This document shows positions 36,089 to 44,673 of a stretch of 64,000 nucleotides of DNA, in pieces. The DNA is taken from positions 468 to 64,467 of the forward strand of contig JAFGNU010000060.1 in assembly GCA_016926875.1 (NCBI GenBank), written 5' to 3'. A program made the translations under genes and the position numbers. This DNA is from Anaerolineae bacterium (GTDB taxonomy: Bacteria > Chloroflexota > Anaerolineae > Aggregatilineales > Aggregatilineaceae). Each line of letters begins with the position of its first letter. Positions within the stretch are counted from its first letter, which is position 1. The notes under the pieces are model-generated. The model was not told the DNA's origin. It worked only from the letters and a program-made list of their open reading frames with translations, and did no database searches.

Positions 36089-37183
36089 CTACACAAACAG
36101 CCTGAGTTTGTCAAAATCGGCGCGCAGCGTGTCTTTCTGGCTGGCGCTGTATAACACCACGGCGGGATGGTACATCGGCAGGACGTGGATTTCGCCGTAG
36201 GGCATCTGCGCCTTGATCAGCTTGCCGTGCAGCGCGCTGATCTTGCCGCCCTTTTCGGGCAGGTCCAGCTTCTTGAGGATGTAGTGCGCGGCGAACCGGC
36301 CCAGCGGCACGATCACCGACGGCTGGATGATGTCGATCAGCCGGTCCACGAACGGCGTGTAGTAGGCGATCTCGTCGGCGGTTGGATCGCGTTTGCCGGG
36401 CGGGCGGTCCAGCAGGATATTGGTGGTGAACACGTCCTCACGGCCCAGGCCGATGTCGGTCAGCATCTCGTCGAATACGTCGCCGGACGGGCCGTTGAAC
36501 GGAATGCCCGATTCAGCTTCGTATTTGCCCGGCGCTTCACCGATAAACAGGATGCTCGCGTCGGCGTAGCCATCGCCCAACACGGGGAAGGCGCGCATCT
36601 TGGTGCGGTAGGCGTACAGCGGCGAGTCGGTTGCATCGACCAGTTCCAGGCGCAGCGCTTTGATCGCTTCTTCTTTGCGGCGCAGCGCGGCAGCATCGGC
36701 GGGCGCTTTGCCGGACCTGCTCGTGCGCACGGCGCTTTTGATCACATCCACCAGCTTGTGCATATCGTAGCCAAAGCGGTGATGGCTCAGTTCAATCGCG
36801 TTGCGCCGGGCCAGCGACGCGAGATCGTCCGGCAGATCGACGGGAGCGGGCATCGGCGCGCGCCCGACCAGCACCGGGATCACGAGCTGGCCGCCCTTCA
36901 GCGCGCTGGCGATCTCGATGCGTACAAAGTCGTTCGGCTGGTCCAACCGGCGGCGGCCTGCCTCGTCGGTGATGGTCAACCAGGACGGGCCGATCACCGC
37001 GATGAACACGTCACACGCGGCGACGGCGTCTTCGAGTGTCTGGACAAAGTCCGCGCCCGGCTCGATGTTATCCACATCCATGAAGACGTCGGCGTGATCG
37101 AAGTGCTGGACCAGGTGATCGTACAGCCGCCCGACGTACCCTTCGCTGTCCTGCCTGCGGTAGCTGATGAATATCCGGCTCAT
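36089..37183 (-). CDS. TIR domain fused to family-4-like uracil-DNA glycosylase domain (no Fe-S cysteines)
   Basis: TIR segment: MSRIFISYRRQDSEGYVGRLYDHL, DVFMDVDNIEPGADF, CDVFIAVIGPSW, DFVRIEIASAL. UDG segment: ILFIGEAPG, GIPFNGPSGDVF, VFTTNILLDRPP, VLPMYHPAVVLY. Confidence 0.85.
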   Translation of the reverse strand: MSRIFISYRRQDSEGYVGRLYDHLVQHFDHADVFMDVDNIEPGADFVQTLEDAVAACDVFIAVIGPSWLTITDEAGRRRLDQPNDFVRIEIASALKGGQLVIPVLVGRAPMPAPVDLPDDLASLARRNAIELSHHRFGYDMHKLVDVIKSAVRTSRSGKAPADAAALRRKEEAIKALRLELVDATDSPLYAYRTKMRAFPVLGDGYADASILFIGEAPGKYEAESGIPFNGPSGDVFDEMLTDIGLGREDVFTTNILLDRPPGKRDPTADEIAYYTPFVDRLIDIIQPSVIVPLGRFAAHYILKKLDLPEKGGKISALHGKLIKAQMPYGEIHVLPMYHPAVVLYSASQKDTLRADFDKLRLFV

Positions 37184-37329
37184 GGGTTGGCGCTCCTGAA
37201 CGGGTGTCTGGCACGCGCGTCATTATAGCAGGACTTGCGCCGGGGCGGGAAACGGCGGCTCGGAACCCTTGGCGGCTACGTCTTGTGGGGCGGAAAACCA
37301 GAATATCGGCAAGCTATGGAAACCTTGAA

Positions 37330-37524
37330 GCCGTTGCTCATATCCTCGAAAAGCTTAATTCTCAACCTGCGCCGCCTGACCCAACCCTGACCACTCGTGA
37401 ACGAAATATCATTCTCCGCGCTCGATACGCTGCCTGGCTATCGCAAGCTGACCTCGACGCCAGTTTGGGATTTCGTATCAACGGGTGCATCAGATTGTGC
37501 ATGGAAAACGGAATTAGACTATAA
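37330..37524 (+). pseudogene. possible relic of a sigma-70 region-4-like HTH gene
   Basis: In-frame translation LTTRERNIILRARYAAWLSQADLDASLGFRINGCIRLCMENGIRL* resembles region-4/LuxR-type HTH. There is no credible start codon, and the upstream part of the ORF looks like non-coding read-through. Confidence 0.25.
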
Positions 37525-37586
37525 ACTAACATCGACAACAGTAGTTAGGGTAGCTGCATGTTGTCTAGCAAATCCCGTGATTTAGA

Positions 37587-37623
37587 GCCAAAGGAAATCC
37601 TAAGCTGTAGGATTTCCTTTGGC
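37587..37623. terminator. perfect 15-bp hairpin straddling the stop codon of the HD-GHKL gene
   Basis: GCCAAAGGAAATCCT (37587-37601), a 7-nt loop, AGGATTTCCTTTGGC (37609-37623). No clear U-run on the minus strand. Confidence 0.45.
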
Positions 37624-40600
37624 CCAGTGTTCAAAATCTTCAGAAGTGACCTTAGTTATTTCCCCGTTAGCAAGACGAATGGTGTATGGTGGATGAAGCC
37701 TTGTATCGACCCTTGACCAGTCTACATCTTTGTATCGATTACCCAAACGTAATTGTCCATAAGTAAGTTCGGAATCATCAAACGATTCTTGAGTGCTAAG
37801 CGTCCATATAGCGCTCAGTGCAAAGTTTTGAAGGTCTGAGGGGGCTTCACGATAACGAGCATCCTGGGCCTGTTTAACAAGAGGGTGACTCCGGTTAACT
37901 GAACGAACAGGCATATGAACAGAAAAGAACTCTTGAGCTTCGCTCGAATATGGCAAAAGAATCAAGTGGCTGGTTATTCCGTTAAAAACAAATTCCCAAG
38001 GGGAGGTATTGGGTTGGGTAGGAGACTGTATTTCAAGTATTGCCGAGTTATTCTTTATAGTAACTGTAGACATTGTTGCTACAATGATTTTTATACTCCA
38101 TTCCAAACCGTGTTTCTCACTCCTTTTGGGCAACCATTTTGTGAGGGTTTCGTAAGCACCGACATTTCCCTCGTTTCCATATAATATTTGATATGATTCC
38201 TTATCTGAGCTTTTCAGTTCAATTGCGTTCAAGGAATGGATGGGAATCCATTTACGTAATTTATCTTCAAAGACGATTGGTACGGCGATTTTCGACCAGA
38301 TTGCATTTGCCCGCATCAGGAAAACCGATGTTTCACCATTACGAGAACCATAAATAACTGCCAATTGCCAAAAGGTTTCGTCGTCCAGTCTCTCCCCTAA
38401 TTGAGAAGCGATTTGTTCCCATAATCTGCCTTGCCCTCTCTCTGCAAGCATCTGAATATAATCCCAGCGTGGCCCGAAGCTGAATGCCCCTCTGCTTCGG
38501 GGAGGAAAACGCGCTGGTGTTAAAGGCGGTTTGATTTGCCCCCGTATGTCTAAAAGCGCAGACATAGGGTAAAGGTCAATAGGACTAGCTCGCCAGCCTA
38601 ACGACACCTCTTTAGCTTCTCGTCCTGGCATTCCGGCTACCAAAATGCCATCAATACATGTTTGAGTATCGAGATGGCGACGATTATCCTTAAATATCTT
38701 TCCATCGGAACTAACTAAGAGAGTTTCGTCATTGTTGTCTAGTTCGTTTTTTGGTTTCCAACTTGCCTCATCGTTATCTAGAACCAAATGCCCAGCATTA
38801 TTGATGAGGAAACTAGCTCTGATACAACCGCCTAAGAGCGGGTCAATCTCTGAAAAGTCTTGCTCAATCGTTTTACAAGTTGTGATATTGGAAATTTCCA
38901 TTAGCGTCCGAGGAGTGGCAATCTTGGGAGGTATTTTTATGGTCTCGGCTAATTCTTCTATGGTGCAATTCGCGCGTATGGGAAATTCACAAGCAAGAGC
39001 ATAGCCCCGGACCATCGAGACTAGCTTTACTTGATCGCTATATTTATCCAGAAAGCTTGGTTTTTTGCGCCCGGTGATTTCAACAGAAGTGCCAACAGGT
39101 TGGCTGTCTTCTCCTTCGCGAATAACCACGATACTACCAAGCCCATTGATTTCGATAATCAATGGAGGACCGTATCCTCGTGATGGGCCATAGTCGCGAC
39201 GAGTGTAGATAATTATATGGTCACCGAGCATAAAGCACGACATGAAACCGATGCCGAATTGTGAACACGGGTCGAAATCAACTCCAGCAGCCCTAAAACT
39301 AATCCGTTCTTGCTCAAATTCTGGGGAACGATAATAACTCCGACCAACACGAGTTAGGAAACGTTCTATTATAGCCTCGTCCATACCCGCCCCGTTGTCA
39401 GTGCATCGGATTAATTCATGGCCTTGCTCGTCCAGTTCATGTTGCATGGAAATTTCGCCACCATGCCAATTATCATTGATGTTACGTTTTATTAGCGCTT
39501 GGCGGTACCGGAGCGCGTCTAAAGAGTTTTGAAGTAATTCACGGATACAAAGCGAGGGTGAACCGTATAGTTCATCAGTCATTAGAAGTTTAACAATATC
39601 ATCACGCGACAAAGAGAACTCTAGGTCATGGTATATATAGGCATTATCTTTTGGTTCAATTCGAGACCTATCGACTTTTAAGGGAAGGTCTAGTTGATAG
39701 TATTCTACATGGGCAGGAAAGCTACGATGAATATCACGCGCGTTTGCCAATTCCTGGTCAATCCAATCGATAAACCTGTAAGCCGCTCTTTGATATTCAG
39801 GGTGTTCACATCGCATCGTAAATTGGATTTGTCCACTATTTATAATCCAGCTTTCAACAGAGCGATGCTTTGCCCATTCGATTAAACTAATATTGCTGCG
39901 AAAATCAATAGTGCGATAGAGTTCGTCAGGTGTGCGTTCTCGGTCAAAATCCAAAATATCGGCAAGGCGCAAAATCAACCCTAAATACACCATATTGACT
40001 TTGTAATGTCCGATAACCTCATCGTATCGAAAACCATTTGATGGGGTCAAGTCGTACGTTGATTTAACATGTGATAAGCACAGTCTCGCCACAAATTTAG
40101 CAAGGTTAGTGCCACCAACTTCCCATCGTCTATCACTGCCGAATGTTTTACGTACAAATTCGGCTGAGCGTTGACCATGCGTTTCACGTATGTAGTCAGT
40201 CAACAGTGCACCCTTGAGTTCATACTTTAATTCTCTATAACGTTCTTGCTCATCGTCGCGCAAACTCTCATCATTCAAATGCTGTCGCACTTGTTTTAGA
40301 TTAGGGTGTTCGATTTCCCAGTTATCTTGAAATTTCTTAAATTCACTGGTTGTTTTTAAAATGTCAATTTCATCTTTTTCCAATACCATGCCTTGGTCAT
40401 GATAATGGGCAGCCAGAATAAGTAGTGTTATTTCTACTGGATTCAATTTATCAAAGACTGATGTAGGCATAATCTTTGACATTAATTCAGTGACACGAAT
40501 GAGATGAACCTCGTCGTGCAATGTATATTCAGGATGAAGAGACGGAAACCCTTTCATTCGGTTATATGCTTGGTTACATATACCAATTAGGTTTGGGGCA

Positions 40601-40698
40601 AGTGTGCCTGCAACTTGCCCATCGGCGCCAGAAAAGCCTCTGTTGAGACGTTGCCACAATGACGTATCTTCTAATTTTGCAATCCGAGTAGCAGACAT
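37600..40698 (-). CDS. large HD-domain / GHKL (Hsp90-MutL-MORC-like) ATPase protein
   Basis: HD pattern: LHDEVH ... LILAAHYHDQGM ... LRLADILDFD. GHKL motifs: IRELLQNSLDA, CTDNGAGMD, SQFGIGFMSCF. I prefer the ATG at 40698; the ORF is open to a TTG at 40728. Confidence 0.85.
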   Translation of the reverse strand: MSATRIAKLEDTSLWQRLNRGFSGADGQVAGTLAPNLIGICNQAYNRMKGFPSLHPEYTLHDEVHLIRVTELMSKIMPTSVFDKLNPVEITLLILAAHYHDQGMVLEKDEIDILKTTSEFKKFQDNWEIEHPNLKQVRQHLNDESLRDDEQERYRELKYELKGALLTDYIRETHGQRSAEFVRKTFGSDRRWEVGGTNLAKFVARLCLSHVKSTYDLTPSNGFRYDEVIGHYKVNMVYLGLILRLADILDFDRERTPDELYRTIDFRSNISLIEWAKHRSVESWIINSGQIQFTMRCEHPEYQRAAYRFIDWIDQELANARDIHRSFPAHVEYYQLDLPLKVDRSRIEPKDNAYIYHDLEFSLSRDDIVKLLMTDELYGSPSLCIRELLQNSLDALRYRQALIKRNINDNWHGGEISMQHELDEQGHELIRCTDNGAGMDEAIIERFLTRVGRSYYRSPEFEQERISFRAAGVDFDPCSQFGIGFMSCFMLGDHIIIYTRRDYGPSRGYGPPLIIEINGLGSIVVIREGEDSQPVGTSVEITGRKKPSFLDKYSDQVKLVSMVRGYALACEFPIRANCTIEELAETIKIPPKIATPRTLMEISNITTCKTIEQDFSEIDPLLGGCIRASFLINNAGHLVLDNDEASWKPKNELDNNDETLLVSSDGKIFKDNRRHLDTQTCIDGILVAGMPGREAKEVSLGWRASPIDLYPMSALLDIRGQIKPPLTPARFPPRSRGAFSFGPRWDYIQMLAERGQGRLWEQIASQLGERLDDETFWQLAVIYGSRNGETSVFLMRANAIWSKIAVPIVFEDKLRKWIPIHSLNAIELKSSDKESYQILYGNEGNVGAYETLTKWLPKRSEKHGLEWSIKIIVATMSTVTIKNNSAILEIQSPTQPNTSPWEFVFNGITSHLILLPYSSEAQEFFSVHMPVRSVNRSHPLVKQAQDARYREAPSDLQNFALSAIWTLSTQESFDDSELTYGQLRLGNRYKDVDWSRVDTRLHPPYTIRLANGEITKVTSEDFEHWAKGNPTA

Positions 40699-41091
40699 TG
40701 AGCTATTGACCTTCCATGTTTGCGACAAATACTTCTTGAATGTTAGGAGGGAAATACAGTCGATTTACGTGACAAGATCTTAGAACTGTTTGGATGGAGA
40801 AAGCTATAGACGGCATTATATTACAATTGAATTTATAAAGTCACAATGTAATGTATCTCATGTAGGTATGTAAAAACAAGTTGCCCTTCGCTGCAAGCCA
40901 GCGGCACCGCCCCTAGCGCATTAGTGGTGCAACGCAGGCGCGGGAGTAGCCTGGGTAGGGCACCCCGGCGCAAGACCGGGGAGGGGTTCCGGGAGGGGAT
41001 TGCACCCCCCCGCCAGGGGTTAGGGTATGATAGGCGTGCAGCGAATCGCCAACAACCCGGCAGATGACGGGATCAGGCGCAAGGAGCGAAA

Positions 41092-41709
41092 ATGGCAGAT
41101 AAATTGATCGAAACCGAGGTGAAGCTGTTCACGCCCGACCTGGACGCGGTCCGGGCGCGGCTGGAAACGGCGGGTGCAGCGCTGGACCAGGCGCGCGTGC
41201 ACGAGCACAATATCCGCTACGAGGACGCGGGCGGCACGCTGACAGGACGGGGGATCGTGCTGCGGCTGCGGCGCGATAGGCGCGCCCGGCTGACGTACAA
41301 AGAACCGCCGTCGGGCGGCGTGAGCCTGTCGCCGGGTGTCTGGACACGCTTTGAAGCGGAAGTCACGGTCGATGACCTGGACACGATGGACGTGATTTTG
41401 CAGCGATTGGGTTTTCACCCGCATGTGGTTTATGAAAAGTACCGGACCACGTACCGCCTGGGCGATGCGGAGATCGTGCTGGACGAGATGCCGTATGGTG
41501 ACTTTATCGAGGTCGAGGGCACACCAGAGGCCATCGAGTCGGCGCTGGCGGCGTTGGGCATGCAGGCTGAACCACGCCTGCTGCTGAGCTACATGGCGCT
41601 GTTCGAGCGCGTTAAGGCGGCGCTGGGCCTGGATATACACGATCTGACGTTCGCCAACTTTGAGGGCGTGGACGTGCCGCCGGAGGTATTCCACCTCACC
41701 GACCGCTGA
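41092..41709 (+). CDS. CYTH-domain protein (class IV adenylyl cyclase / triphosphatase family)
   Basis: SD AAGGAG. The N-terminal ExExK motif IETEVKL, plus RLRRD...RLTYKEP and FIEVEG strands typical of the CYTH tunnel fold. Confidence 0.85.
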   Translation: MADKLIETEVKLFTPDLDAVRARLETAGAALDQARVHEHNIRYEDAGGTLTGRGIVLRLRRDRRARLTYKEPPSGGVSLSPGVWTRFEAEVTVDDLDTMDVILQRLGFHPHVVYEKYRTTYRLGDAEIVLDEMPYGDFIEVEGTPEAIESALAALGMQAEPRLLLSYMALFERVKAALGLDIHDLTFANFEGVDVPPEVFHLTDR

Positions 41710-41798
41710 GAGCGCGTGCCTGGATTGTGCCGGGTGGGATGGTCATGTACACTGTGGCACACATGTACGGTTGAAGCTCTTGAGGAGGTGTAATCACG

Positions 41799-42398
41799 AT
41801 GCCGAAAAAGGTTCTGATTGCCTACGCGACCCGGTCCGGGTCAACTGCCGAAATCGCCCAGGCGATTGCAGAGGAACTCGGCGCAGGCGGCGCAGAGGTA
41901 GATGTTCACCTGACACGCGACGTCGAGGACGTCGGTGAGTATGACGCGGTGGTCTTGGGCGGGCCGGTGATCATCGGCTGGCACCGCGACGCGATGAAGT
42001 TTTTAGGGCGTCATAAACGCGCGCTGGCCGCTAAGCCGGTAGCCTATTTTATTGTGTCGCTGGAGTTCTGCCGCAGCGATACCGACCAGTTCCAGTCGAT
42101 CCCGATTTTCCAGCAGCCAGCGCATGGTGAACCGCCGGCGAATCCCAATAAACTGCGGATGACGGAGAAACATAACTCGCCTGCGGGCTATCTGGCGCCG
42201 GTGCTGAAAAAAGCGCCCGCCGTCAAGCCGGTGGAGGTCGCGTTCTTTTCGGGGTATGTGGACTACAGCAAGCAAGACCTGTTCGGCTGGCTGTTTTTGA
42301 AGCTGCTGATCGGAGCCAAGGCGGGCGACTTCCGCGATTGGGGCGCGATTCGCGGCTGGGCGGCGGACCTGCGCGCAAAGCTGGGGCTGGACGCGTAA
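41799..42398 (+). CDS. flavodoxin-like domain protein
   Basis: SD GAGGAGG. KVLIAYATRSGSTAEIAQAIAEEL ... YDAVVLGGPV. Confidence 0.75.
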   Translation: MPKKVLIAYATRSGSTAEIAQAIAEELGAGGAEVDVHLTRDVEDVGEYDAVVLGGPVIIGWHRDAMKFLGRHKRALAAKPVAYFIVSLEFCRSDTDQFQSIPIFQQPAHGEPPANPNKLRMTEKHNSPAGYLAPVLKKAPAVKPVEVAFFSGYVDYSKQDLFGWLFLKLLIGAKAGDFRDWGAIRGWAADLRAKLGLDA

Positions 42399-42418
42399 GA
42401 CCGCTGTCGGCTAATCAC

Positions 42419-42458
42419 GCCTGCATGGGGTATAGTAGAACACCGTGCAGGCATTTTT
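42419..42458 (+). terminator. intrinsic terminator after the flavodoxin-like gene
   Basis: GCCTGCATGG (42419-42428) pairs with CCGTGCAGGC (42443-42452): 10 bp with one G-U pair. Followed by ATTTTTA. Confidence 0.6.
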
Positions 42459-42478
42459 ATGAATGATGAGCAAACACG

Positions 42479-44152
<1,674 letters not shown>

Positions 44153-44176
44153 CGGTTAGGGGGAAGGGGGAACCCC

Positions 44177-44512
44177 ATGCAGCGCAGGGCACAATGGTGG
44201 TGGGTTGCATTTGTGATCAGTGGGGCGGTGTTGTTTGGCGCGGCGCTGCTGGAGATCAACCGGGTGGCGCTGGCCGTGCTCAACGTGGTGTATACGATCA
44301 CCATCCTGCTGTCGCCCCTGCCGGAGCGGTTAATGGCGCTGGTGAAACGGTGGCCGCGCCCGGTGCAGGTGACGGCGCTGGTGGTGTGGGTGATCACGTT
44401 TGCCGCGCTGATTCTGTCGATCACCAACCTGACCGGCGTCGACCCGGAATACTTCGGCGTCTCGCTGGCGCTGATCCTGTCGGGGGTGTTCCTGGCGGTT
44501 GTGAGCCGGTAG
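44177..44512 (+). CDS. small hypothetical membrane protein
   Basis: Three hydrophobic helices. Native composition. Confidence 0.45.
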   Translation: MQRRAQWWWVAFVISGAVLFGAALLEINRVALAVLNVVYTITILLSPLPERLMALVKRWPRPVQVTALVVWVITFAALILSITNLTGVDPEYFGVSLALILSGVFLAVVSR

Positions 44513-44673
44513 GGACGGCGCTTGTTTTGCCCAGCCCGTTCCGACAATTTTACTATTATCCCTCGCCTGTCGTTTTTTGTGAATTCCCCTACAATAAGGC
44601 CAACCGATCGTTGGCTGTTACAACATGCCAGGCAATGATCCCCGACAGCCGGAGTAGAGAGAGATAATCCAAT

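Larger units (their letters stand above)
37300..40880. other. low-GC horizontally acquired islet (single cargo gene)
   Basis: Sampled 60-nt lines are 32-45% GC against about 63-65% in the flanks. The composition switches near 37300 and 40870-40880. Confidence 0.7.

Noticed and set aside
37316-37390. Short ATG-initiated ORF (METLKPLLISSKSLILNLRRLTQP*) in the spacer between TIR-UDG and the HD-GHKL gene.
   Set aside because: It has no SD and no recognisable features, and it overlaps the HTH-like relic in another frame. It is most likely spurious.
37300-40880. Integrase, transposase, tRNA att site or terminal inverted repeats defining the islet as a complete mobile element.
   Set aside because: None found on either strand. 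Only a hairpin at the 3' end and REP-like fragments at the borders are present, so I call it an islet rather than a mobile element.
41092-41709. The CYTH gene as cargo of the low-GC islet, i.e. a cyclase partner generating a nucleotide signal for the HD-GHKL or TIR proteins.
   Set aside because: Its GC content and codon usage look native, it is transcribed divergently, and about 200 bp of GC-rich REP-like DNA separates it from the compositional boundary. Adjacency alone is insufficient.
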